A program made the position numbers and the translations under genes. DNA of 64,000 nucleotides. Source: Patescibacteria group bacterium (lineage in GTDB: Bacteria > Patescibacteriota > Microgenomatia > UBA1400 > PJMF01). The stretch's first letter is position 1, and every line of letters begins with the position of its first letter. The stretch covers positions 13,863 through 77,862 of the forward strand of contig JBMORP010000006.1 in the NCBI GenBank assembly GCA_049322655.1, in the 5' to 3' direction. The notes beneath the pieces are model-generated. The model saw only the letters and a list, made by a program, of their open reading frames with translations. It had not been told where the DNA came from and made no database searches. Below are positions 50,206 to 58,734 of the stretch, piece after piece.

Positions 50206-51285
50206 TTATACAACCAAGAGTTGATGTTTTTGTAAAATTTCTTTGACTTGTTCGCTATTTTCTGTTTTTACTAATTCAATCCTAATATCACTGGCGTTGG
50301 GAAAGTTTTTAATGTACCAAGTTAGGTGTTTGCGCATTGGTAAAAACCGATAGCGTTCATCTTGTTGGTAGGTTTGCTCATAGAGCAAGCTATGTTCCAA
50401 AGCTAGAGCTGCTCGTTGTTGAATAGTAACTTCTGATTTATTTTTTAAGAACAACCAAGGATTACCAAAGCTGGCTCGACCGACTAAGATCCCATCAACT
50501 TGATATTGATTGATTTTTTCCAAAGCTTCTTCGGCCGAGTGGATATCACCATTGCCCAGAAAAGTAATATCTGAGTTATTTTGTTTGATTAGTTGGGTAG
50601 CTTTACCAATTTCCTCCCAACTAGCAAAACCAGTGTAAGCTTGGCGTAAAGTTCTACCGTGAAGAGCAATTGCAGCTGGTTCTACTTCTAATAAATATCT
50701 TAGCCAATCTTCAGTAATCACCTGGTCATAACCAACTCTAGTTTTAACACTAATAGGAATTATCCGGTTATGAGCTTGATATTGTTTGGGAAGTTGTTGG
50801 TGGCGTTGTTCAATAATTTCACAAATACTATTAGTTAAATCAGGACAGTCACGAACTGTTTGGCCACTCTGCCAATCAGCCACTCCTTGCTTGGCAGCTT
50901 TAACAATTTCTTGAGCAAGCTTTGGGGTTTTAATCAAGCCAGCTCCAGCCCCACTTTGGGAAACACTTTTGGCAGGACAACCCATATTAATATCAACACC
51001 ATCAAAACCTAATTGGCATAAAGCGATTGTTGTTTGACGAAAATATTCTGGAGTAGTGCCATAAATTTGAGCCACAATAGGTCGTTGAGTTTCATCATAA
51101 AGAAAATCGACCAGTGGTTTTTCTACTCCACGACAAAAACCTTCAACAGTGGCGAACTCAGTATAAATTACATCAGGTTGACCATGTTTTTTGGTTAAAT
51201 GACGAAAAGGATGATCTGTCACTCCGTCCATCGGTGACAAACCAATAATTGGTTTAGCTAATTTGCGCCAAAATCCAGATTCCAT
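50206..51285 (-). CDS. dus: tRNA-dihydrouridine synthase
   Basis: SPMDGVTD, DINMGCP, SVKTR, HGRT, GNGDI, GNPW. Confidence 0.93.
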   Translation of the reverse strand: MESGFWRKLAKPIIGLSPMDGVTDHPFRHLTKKHGQPDVIYTEFATVEGFCRGVEKPLVDFLYDETQRPIVAQIYGTTPEYFRQTTIALCQLGFDGVDINMGCPAKSVSQSGAGAGLIKTPKLAQEIVKAAKQGVADWQSGQTVRDCPDLTNSICEIIEQRHQQLPKQYQAHNRIIPISVKTRVGYDQVITEDWLRYLLEVEPAAIALHGRTLRQAYTGFASWEEIGKATQLIKQNNSDITFLGNGDIHSAEEALEKINQYQVDGILVGRASFGNPWLFLKNKSEVTIQQRAALALEHSLLYEQTYQQDERYRFLPMRKHLTWYIKNFPNASDIRIELVKTENSEQVKEILQKHQLLVV

Positions 51286-51334
51286 ATCAGGTATTATACT
51301 TGAAAGCTTGCGTTATAATGTGGTTATTAAATTT

Positions 51335-51406
51335 GCGGGTGTAGTACAGTGGTAGTATGTCTGCTTCCCAAGCAGAAGATCGCGAGTTCGAGCCTCGTCA
51401 CCCGCT
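51335..51406 (+). tRNA. tRNA-Gly(CCC)
   Basis: TCTGC-TTCCCAA-GCAGA anticodon arm. Confidence 0.95.
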
Positions 51407-51414
51407 CAGCAATG

Positions 51415-51439
51415 AAAAAGCTCCATACGGAGCTTTTTT
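51415..51439. terminator. Bidirectional terminator
   Basis: AAAAAGCTCC-ATAC-GGAGCTTTTT. Confidence 0.8.
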
Positions 51440-51749
51440 AACTTTTATTTTCTTTTTTAATAGTTTTCCAATGATAAAAATAAACTGGTCCACCAACCAG
51501 CATCATGGCTAGGCTATTGCTAAATTGTCTTTTTCTTTGATTGGCTTGTTCTTCTTCATACATTTTTTTGTTTTGTTCTCTGATGGCAGGAGACTCTGTT
51601 TCGGCATAGTAGTAACCATAATCATTAACTTTAAACACATAAGTTTTTAGGGTAAGATCCACGATTTGGATGCTACCAATAATTAAAATTAGTAAGCCGA
51701 CAAAAGAAAAAAGATACAAGTAAAGCAAACGTAAGTTGAGTTTCATCAT
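51438..51749 (-). CDS. Small 2-TM membrane protein (DUF5671-like)
   Basis: RLLYLYLFSFVGL…LAMMLVGGPVYFYHW pattern. Confidence 0.7.
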   Translation of the reverse strand: MMKLNLRLLYLYLFSFVGLLILIIGSIQIVDLTLKTYVFKVNDYGYYYAETESPAIREQNKKMYEEEQANQRKRQFSNSLAMMLVGGPVYFYHWKTIKKENKS

Positions 51750-51778
51750 TAGCCTTTCAACTATCAGTTTACCATTAT

Positions 51779-51804
51779 AAAAAAAGCTCCGTATATAGGA
51801 GCTC
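51779..51804 (-). terminator. Terminator of the orphan cassette
   Basis: Minus strand AGCTCC-TATATAC-GGAGCT followed by a T run. Confidence 0.75.
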
Positions 51805-51824
51805 AGATAAATGTTTTTGTTAAA

Positions 51825-52317
51825 GCCACACTGATTTTTAGTTTTTCAATGGAAGAGGAGGCGCACATGAGTTGTGCACCTCCTCTTTTCTAAGGGTACA
51901 AAACCTCATCCACATGGTCTTTCCAGTCATCAGGAATCGGGAAAATTGGTGAGTAAGCATAAATCAGGTGCTGCACCAACGATCCGATAGCTATTGACAG
52001 GATAATCCAAAGTCCAGGTTTTACGTGGATGGAAATCACGAAAAAAGCAATCATTGCAAGAACCATCACATTGTGGTGATAGTTATACTTCAGCGTTTTC
52101 GTAATTTTCCAAAGGAGGAAGGTCAGTACGTTTCCGGCTACTGCCTGGGCTAACGCCCAAAGTACAATCCAGATAATCCAAAGATGTGTGTTCATAGTTT
52201 ACCTCTCGTTTTTTTACTCTCTCCTGTTTTACCAGGAGAGGCTTGGGGAAAATAAAACTTATTATAAATAAGCTTTATTTTCCCCAAGTACATAGAGGTA
52301 GCTAAAATCAGTGTGGC
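51825..52317. repeat. 16/17-bp inverted repeat pair enclosing the 101-aa ORF
   Basis: GCCACACTGATTTTTAG (51825-41) versus CTAAAATCAGTGTGGC (52302-17); complementary except for one extra T. Confidence 0.85.
51890..52195 (-). CDS. Orphan 101-aa hydrophobic (about 3 TM) protein
   Basis: SD GAGAGGT, own promoter and terminator; Trp/Ile-rich. Confidence 0.75.
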   Translation of the reverse strand: MNTHLWIIWIVLWALAQAVAGNVLTFLLWKITKTLKYNYHHNVMVLAMIAFFVISIHVKPGLWIILSIAIGSLVQHLIYAYSPIFPIPDDWKDHVDEVLYP

Positions 52318-52395
52318 AGTATTCTGCTAATAATAAAGATTAGTTTGAAAGCAATTTTCATTTAAACTTTATTATTAATTTTAAAGAACCTGTCC

Positions 52396-52424
52396 ATTAT
52401 ATCTTACATCCTATAATTTGTCAA
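52396..52424 (-). promoter_or_regulatory. Consensus sigma70 promoter
   Basis: Minus strand TTGACA (52424-19), 17-nt spacer, TATAAT (52401-396). Confidence 0.85.
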
Positions 52425-52435
52425 TATAAGACTAT

Positions 52436-53344
52436 TTAATGAATAGTACTCCAGTGAGTTTCATCATTAGATCCTTTAAAACCGTAAATTTTCATCCAGC
52501 TGTTATTTCCGGCTGAATCAACTTGAGATTGCCACTCACTAAATTCTAGGCCAAACTCAGCAAAAGCTTTAAGTTTTCTTTTTAAGGCTGATTGTGAATC
52601 ACTCATTAAATAACGAAGGCTTTCCAAAAAAGAATAGATTGTTCTGAGATGCTTGGCTGAAAGTTTATTGGCTAAATCAATTTCTATTTTTTGGTAATTA
52701 GCGGCTGAGAATTGATACTCAATTTCTTGTTGGTCAAAATTGTAGTTGGCACCAATCACAATGGTTACAGCTTCAAAATTACTTATTTTGATAATGATCA
52801 TGTCAGCAGGAGAGGTGTCTGCTTCTAGGCTACGCAGTTGAAAAGTATCGAGTCTCATCTCAATGTAACAACCGCTAAATTCTTTTTGAGTCCGATCTCC
52901 CATTTTAAAAACAAAAAACTCATTACTTCTTTCTTTATTACCTAGATCTGGAGGGTTATTCATCACAATCAATTCGGTAATTCCAGGCATTTTTAACCAA
53001 TCAAGGTATTCATGAGTTAAAAAGTTTTCAATATCAGCCACAGTTTTAATACCCATAACCCAAGGAGAATTGTTTGGCTGTGGAGAAAAACAAGTTCTAA
53101 CACCAACATTACAACCTCTTTTTACACCATTGAGTAATTCTTCAATTAACTGTTCTCGGTTGTTAACAGGAATAATTTCTCTAGAAATAATGGTTTTTTT
53201 AGGAAGTAAATTACAGTTAGAAGTGAAAAATCCTTCAGTCTGGGCTTTTTTACTTTTCCAAATATGACTAACAGTATTACTAAATTGTTCTAAGATTTGT
53301 CTATAATTAAGAATTTGATGATTAGTTTCCTGATAATTAGTCAT
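52436..53344 (-). CDS. Hypothetical protein
   Basis: 302-aa ORF; no confident family. Confidence 0.7.
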   Translation of the reverse strand: MTNYQETNHQILNYRQILEQFSNTVSHIWKSKKAQTEGFFTSNCNLLPKKTIISREIIPVNNREQLIEELLNGVKRGCNVGVRTCFSPQPNNSPWVMGIKTVADIENFLTHEYLDWLKMPGITELIVMNNPPDLGNKERSNEFFVFKMGDRTQKEFSGCYIEMRLDTFQLRSLEADTSPADMIIIKISNFEAVTIVIGANYNFDQQEIEYQFSAANYQKIEIDLANKLSAKHLRTIYSFLESLRYLMSDSQSALKRKLKAFAEFGLEFSEWQSQVDSAGNNSWMKIYGFKGSNDETHWSTIH

Positions 53345-53456
53345 AATTAGGGAAAAAAGAACAACTTTATTATTCTCCCTAAAAAGCTAGTATACCATTT
53401 TTTTGCTTGATCTGGCTTTTAGTGGTACCAGGTTGTAAAATTTAGCCTACAACCAA

Positions 53457-53529
53457 GCCAGAATAGCTCAGTTGGTAGAGCGACGGTATCGTAAACCGTA
53501 GGTCAAGGGTTCGATCCCCTTTTCTGGCT
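53457..53529 (+). tRNA. tRNA-Thr(CGT)
   Basis: ACGGT-ATCGTAA-ACCGT anticodon arm. Confidence 0.94.
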
Positions 53530-53533
53530 CATC

Positions 53534-54163
53534 ATGAGAAAAGTTGATACTGTTATTTTTGATTTTGATGGTACGATTGCTGATACTCTTGAGGCTATGG
53601 TCGATTTATTCAATCAAGTTTCAGTTAAATATCAGTTACCCCAAATTGCTCAAGCTGATCGAGAAAAAATCAGAAACTTAAGTGCTAGGGAGTTGATTGA
53701 AGAATTTAAGATTTCTCGATTAAAGTTTATTCGTTTAACCAAAGAAATTTTACCTAAATTAAAAAATAATCTTCAGCAGTTGAACTTAATTTCAGGATTA
53801 GAAGAATTACTAATTGATTTAAAAGAAAAAGGTTTTCAAATCGGGATTGTTAGTTCTAATTCTAAGGAAAATATTGAGCTTTTTTTAAATTATCATCAAA
53901 TAAAAGGAATAGATTTTATTTATGCTGAAAAAAGCTTATTTGGTAAAGCTAAAGTTTTGAGCAATGTTTTGAAAAAACATCACTTAACTGCCGCTAAAGT
54001 AATTTATGTTGGTGATGAAGTGAGGGATATAGAAGCATCTCACCAGGCTGGTTTGCCGATTATTGCTGTGACTTGGGGCCTTAATTCTAAGGCAAGACTG
54101 CAAAAAGCTAAACCTGACTATATAATTGATCAACCGAAGGAACTTTTAACAAAATTAACTTAA
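53534..54163 (+). CDS. HAD-superfamily hydrolase (phosphoglycolate phosphatase-like)
   Basis: FDFDGTIADT, VSSNS, YVGDEVRD, VTWG. Confidence 0.92.
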   Translation: MRKVDTVIFDFDGTIADTLEAMVDLFNQVSVKYQLPQIAQADREKIRNLSARELIEEFKISRLKFIRLTKEILPKLKNNLQQLNLISGLEELLIDLKEKGFQIGIVSSNSKENIELFLNYHQIKGIDFIYAEKSLFGKAKVLSNVLKKHHLTAAKVIYVGDEVRDIEASHQAGLPIIAVTWGLNSKARLQKAKPDYIIDQPKELLTKLT

Positions 54164-54188
54164 AAATTAAATTGGTTATAATAAGCCT

Positions 54189-54905
54189 ATGCTAAGAACT
54201 GCTAATTCACGTTTAACTAGAACTCAAGGTAAAAAAATTGCTCGTCAATCAGTGGCGATGATTGTTTTCTCTATTGTTGCTGTTTTAGTTTTCTTTTTGG
54301 TGATAATGCCTAGATTAATTAATTTATTTTTTAACTTTTTAGGTACAGGTGATATTAGTTTTAAAGAAAAAGATGAGGTTCCACCTCAGGTACCAATTAT
54401 CTTACCTTTTCCGGACTCAATTAAAGATGCTGTTTTGACCATTGAGGGTTTTGCTGAGGCCAAAAGTAAAGTAGTGGTAGTCAAAAATGGTGAACGGGCC
54501 GAGGAGATTGTTGTTAACGATGAGGGCTCTTTTGAGTATCAACTGACTTTGACAGAAGGTGAGAATAAGTTGAGTTTTTATGGTGTAGATGAGGCTGGCA
54601 ATGAGTCAAATACAACCAATGATATGTTCATTAATTTGGATAATGAAGCACCGATATTGGAATTAGAAAACCTTACTGATGGTCAAGAAATTTTGGCTAA
54701 AGAAAACCAAAACTATGCTATCAAAGGTAAAACCGAGCCCCATTCCAAATTACATATTAATGAGCGTTCCGTTTATGTAGACAGTGAAGGTAACTTTAAG
54801 GTTGCTTATTATCTTGAAGAGGGAGACAACGAACTTAAATTTAAAATTGAAGATCGTGCAGGAAATGTGACAGAGCAAACCCTAAGGATAAAGTTTAGAC
54901 TTTAG
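54189..54905 (+). CDS. Membrane-anchored protein with two bacterial Ig-like domains
   Basis: N-terminal TM; two repeats of L-x-EG-x-N…D-x-AGN. Confidence 0.78.
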   Translation: MLRTANSRLTRTQGKKIARQSVAMIVFSIVAVLVFFLVIMPRLINLFFNFLGTGDISFKEKDEVPPQVPIILPFPDSIKDAVLTIEGFAEAKSKVVVVKNGERAEEIVVNDEGSFEYQLTLTEGENKLSFYGVDEAGNESNTTNDMFINLDNEAPILELENLTDGQEILAKENQNYAIKGKTEPHSKLHINERSVYVDSEGNFKVAYYLEEGDNELKFKIEDRAGNVTEQTLRIKFRL

Positions 54906-54915
54906 TTTGTTTAAG

Positions 54916-56073
54916 CTAATCATTACTTATTTTTTTACTACTGAATAAATTCAAAAAAACAAAAGGTTGGAGCAAAGTATTATTGAATAGGCTGTGAATC
55001 AAAACAGTAATTAATAATATGCCCCACAATTTATCTTGTTTGTAAAATATTTTTATCCATTTGAAAGTTAGTAGGCCAAATAAAGTTAAACCAATTACTC
55101 CGGTGCCATTAATCACTAAAATTAACAGATTATCTGGTAATTGGGCGTGGTTGTTAGTGTAACTAGTTTTTTGAGCATCATTATTAAATAATCCTCTACC
55201 CCATAGCCATTGAGAGCCTTCTAAAGTAATCAAGTTTTCTTGAATATTTTCTGACCTAGCTTCAAGGGTACTTGTTCTAGCTAGATTAACACCTTCTCCT
55301 CCTGGTTTTGGTAATAGAATAATGGTTAGTAAAAAAACTATACCCAAAAAACTCCATTTAATTTTTTGGTTAGTAGTCAGCCACTGATGGGTGGTTAGCA
55401 GACCTAAGGCTAAGTAACTGGCCCTGGAAAAAGTGGCAGCAATCGCCAGAATGAGGATTGTTTGAGTTAGCCAACCGCTTTGTTGGTAGGCTGGTTTTTG
55501 ATTAATAAGTCTTTGCCATAGGCCAACGGTTAAGACCAGAATTATGCCAGTGAAAGCTGGATCAAAAATAGTACTGATTAATCGATAGTAATGATTGTCC
55601 CAGCCGAAAATATTAAGAAATCTTACATCTGGTATGGCTATATATTGACCCAATCCCCAAACTCCAATCAGTGTCCCAGCAATTAGTAGACCTAGATATG
55701 GTTGATAAGTTAACTTAACTTTTTGTAGAGCATAAACAAATAAACCATAGTCAACTAGCCGCAAGAGGTAAAGCCAACTTTTGGGAGTAATTCTTCCTTC
55801 CCACGAACCAAGCAGCATGCCAACCATAACTAAAGCTAATAAACTTAATTCTAGCCTGAACTTTGGCCAGGAAATTTTTTTGTAGTTAAAAAAATTGTTT
55901 TTGTTTTGCCATAAAAACCCAACTACAAAAATAGTAATAATAATGTCGTGAAGATAAAAAGCGATATCACCTTGAAGTTGAATTCTTTGTAATTGGCCCA
56001 AAGAAAAAACCATCCAAAATAATGTAAAAGTCAAAGTGAAAAAATTAGTGGTAATGGTTTTAATGATTTTCAT
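54916..56073 (-). CDS. O-antigen ligase/polymerase-like membrane protein
   Basis: Multiple TMs, RLISTIFDP, TFSRAS, WGRG, IHSLFNN. Confidence 0.75.
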   Translation of the reverse strand: MKIIKTITTNFFTLTFTLFWMVFSLGQLQRIQLQGDIAFYLHDIIITIFVVGFLWQNKNNFFNYKKISWPKFRLELSLLALVMVGMLLGSWEGRITPKSWLYLLRLVDYGLFVYALQKVKLTYQPYLGLLIAGTLIGVWGLGQYIAIPDVRFLNIFGWDNHYYRLISTIFDPAFTGIILVLTVGLWQRLINQKPAYQQSGWLTQTILILAIAATFSRASYLALGLLTTHQWLTTNQKIKWSFLGIVFLLTIILLPKPGGEGVNLARTSTLEARSENIQENLITLEGSQWLWGRGLFNNDAQKTSYTNNHAQLPDNLLILVINGTGVIGLTLFGLLTFKWIKIFYKQDKLWGILLITVLIHSLFNNTLLQPFVFLNLFSSKKISND

Positions 56074-56821
56074 AAGAAAACACTCTAACCATGATGGAGT
56101 GCAAACTCATGATTGTAGCGTAAACTAAGCCTCGCCAACCATCTAAAAAACCCAGCTTAAAAAGATAATTTACTAAGAACTTACTTTTTGGGTAAATGAT
56201 GGTTTTTAAACCCAAAACTGCGGGACTGAGTAAATCATCAGTTTGGTATTCTGCTTCTAGCTCAGCATAATGAGTGACATCTTGAATAAACTCAGAAATA
56301 TTTTGGTGGGAGTAATGAATGATCTGAATTTTACTGTATTCAGTGGTACCTTGAACGATAGCTTGTTCATGAACAGGTCTTAAATATTGAGCTTTATCTT
56401 TGCGGATAAGTCTTAAAAATTTATTGCCACCAGTTTCTCCAAATTTAAGGGCTCGGTCATAAAAAATATCAGTTCGCTCAACCAGATAACCATCAACTCC
56501 ACTATCATTAGTGACTAGAGCTGTGATCTCTGGCCAACTTGTAGGGATAATTTCTTCATCACTGTCCAAAAAGAAAATCCATTCAGAGTTGCTTTCTTTT
56601 AGAGCCAAGTTCCTTTCTTGAGAAAAATTCTCGATTAAGCCAGTTCTTTTAATTAGTTTGAAGTGATATTTTTTGGCTAGTTCTTGCCAGTTATTACCAC
56701 TTTGGTAATCAATCACTAAGACTTCAGCGGCTAGTTGGGCTGATTGTAAAGCTTTAATAAAGCGTTGATCTTGACGATGAGTTAGGATAATGACACTAAG
56801 TGGTACTTTATTTTTTATCAT
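56060..56821 (-). CDS. Glycosyltransferase family 2
   Basis: LSVIILT, FSQERN, LDSDE, VHE, GFLDGWRG. Confidence 0.9.
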   Translation of the reverse strand: MIKNKVPLSVIILTHRQDQRFIKALQSAQLAAEVLVIDYQSGNNWQELAKKYHFKLIKRTGLIENFSQERNLALKESNSEWIFFLDSDEEIIPTSWPEITALVTNDSGVDGYLVERTDIFYDRALKFGETGGNKFLRLIRKDKAQYLRPVHEQAIVQGTTEYSKIQIIHYSHQNISEFIQDVTHYAELEAEYQTDDLLSPAVLGLKTIIYPKSKFLVNYLFKLGFLDGWRGLVYATIMSLHSIMVRVFSYENH

Positions 56822-58034
56822 GAGCTCTGTGTAGTATACCAACTAGAATAAGAGGTAAAGCAATTAATCTAGATACCAAAATACCATAGACAGCGCCAAG
56901 TAGTTGGTAACTACTTCCCCACCAAAGCAGTAAAATTATCATCAAAACCAATGAACTAAGTAGATGTAGGTTAAGAATCTTATATTGTTTTCTGGCTAAG
57001 AATAAGGCATAGCTTTGATTACTAATACTTTGGGCAATGCCAGCAAAAATTAAAGGTCTTACCAAAGGAATAACTTCTAGCCATTGTTGGCCTAGAATTA
57101 ATTTAACAAAGAATCCTGGAAAAATAATTAAGGGTAGTGAAGCAAAGCTAATCAAAGCAATTAAAGCTAACATTGAACGATAAAAAGCTCTTTGTAATCT
57201 CAGGGGTGAATCAGTTAGCATGGTAAAAGCAGGTAAGGTACTGTGATGAACAGATTTAGAAAAATCATAATTAGCCTTGTGACTTAGAGCATAACTGTTG
57301 TGGTAGATGCCCAGAGCATGAGTGCCAAATATCTTGCCTAAAATGAAATCATCGACATTTTCATTAAGATAATTAAAAACAGTTGAAAGACTGAGCCACT
57401 TGGCATTATTTAAGATTGTTTTGCCTTTTGAAGGTAGATAGTTAAATTTTGGTTTAAGTTTGAAAAAAATAAAAGAAATAATTACTTCGTAAATAGCACC
57501 AATAATTAGGGCAAAAACTAAAGACCAAACCGAGTGAGTTAAAAAACCAAGAATAACTGCAGCTAGGCTTTCAACTAAAATTAAAGAAAATCGATAAAGA
57601 CTATCTTGGAAAAATCTCATCTCTTTATGCAAAATGACAATATAAGGATTAATAAAACCTTTAATAATCGGCACTAGGGCTGCAACAGCAATCAGCATTA
57701 ATAATTGTGGCTCTTGGTAGAAGTTTTGCATGAACAGACCCATGAGCAACATGATGATGCCAATGACAAAGCCTCTAATAATGGCGACAACCCAAGCAGT
57801 ATCAATAAAGCTTTTTACAGATTGTTTTGATTGAAGAATCGTGACGTTAATTCCTGTTTGAGTCAGACTTTCGGTGATGCCCAAAGTAATAGCAGTTAAA
57901 GAAAATAGACCAAAAGCTTGAGGGTCTAAAAGCCGAGCCAAAAAGTACATTTTAATCATGGCAATCCCTACCAAGATTGCCTTGTAAATGGTTTGCCAAC
58001 TAAAACCAACTAGAGTTTTTTGTGTATAACTCAT
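56808..58034 (-). CDS. Polysaccharide flippase (Wzx-like)
   Basis: LARLLDPQAFG, DDFILGK…LGIY, about 12 TMs. Confidence 0.87.
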   Translation of the reverse strand: MSYTQKTLVGFSWQTIYKAILVGIAMIKMYFLARLLDPQAFGLFSLTAITLGITESLTQTGINVTILQSKQSVKSFIDTAWVVAIIRGFVIGIIMLLMGLFMQNFYQEPQLLMLIAVAALVPIIKGFINPYIVILHKEMRFFQDSLYRFSLILVESLAAVILGFLTHSVWSLVFALIIGAIYEVIISFIFFKLKPKFNYLPSKGKTILNNAKWLSLSTVFNYLNENVDDFILGKIFGTHALGIYHNSYALSHKANYDFSKSVHHSTLPAFTMLTDSPLRLQRAFYRSMLALIALISFASLPLIIFPGFFVKLILGQQWLEVIPLVRPLIFAGIAQSISNQSYALFLARKQYKILNLHLLSSLVLMIILLLWWGSSYQLLGAVYGILVSRLIALPLILVGILHRAHDKK

Positions 58035-58110
58035 CTGAATAATTATAGGTGAATTTTATTAGGGCTGATAGTAGCTCTCATTAACAAAAAGTGGCATAAT
58101 TGTTTTCGTT

Positions 58111-58692
58111 ATGTCAAATGCTACTAAAAAAATTGGTTCCTTTTTTACTGACCTAATGGAAACAATTGTTATTTCTGCTTCTATTTTTTTGATTGTTTAT
58201 TTATTTTTTGTTCAGCCACATCAAGTTAATGGTCAATCGATGGTGCCCAATTTTCAAAGTGGTGAATATGTTTTAACTGACAAAGTTAGTTACAAAATGG
58301 GCAACCCTAAAAGAGGTGATGTGATTGTTTTTCATGCTCCAGAAGCCGCACACTGTGCAGAAGGAACGGGGTGTGATTTTATTAAGCGAGTTTTAGCAGT
58401 GCCTGGTGATACGGTTGAAGTAAAAAATAATGCTATTTATGTGAATGGCCAGCAATTACCAGAGCCATATATTCCGGCTGATTTTAAAGTTTTGCCAGGT
58501 GCTTATACAAAAAATGGTCCAGTTTTGATGGGTAGTAATGAATATTTTGTCAGTGGTGATAACAGGCCTTATTCTAGTGATTCAAGAACTTGGGGGCCTA
58601 TTACAAAGCAAGACATTGTGGGGAAGGCTTTCTTCAGGTACTGGCCCCCAGCTGTTGTTGGTCCAATCTATAGTGCTACTTATCCATTTTAA
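58111..58692 (+). CDS. lepB: Signal peptidase I
   Basis: GQSMVPN (Ser), FIKRV (Lys), GDNRPYSSDSR. Confidence 0.95.
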   Translation: MSNATKKIGSFFTDLMETIVISASIFLIVYLFFVQPHQVNGQSMVPNFQSGEYVLTDKVSYKMGNPKRGDVIVFHAPEAAHCAEGTGCDFIKRVLAVPGDTVEVKNNAIYVNGQQLPEPYIPADFKVLPGAYTKNGPVLMGSNEYFVSGDNRPYSSDSRTWGPITKQDIVGKAFFRYWPPAVVGPIYSATYPF

Positions 58693-58734
58693 AAATGCTT
58701 AAAATTTTACTTTTCGGTTTATTGGTCAAAGGCA

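Noticed and set aside
51415-51804. Similar AAAAAGCTCC…GGAGCT hairpins on both sides of the DUF5671-like gene, considered as cassette/att sites
   Set aside because: Fully explained as intrinsic terminators; no integrase visible
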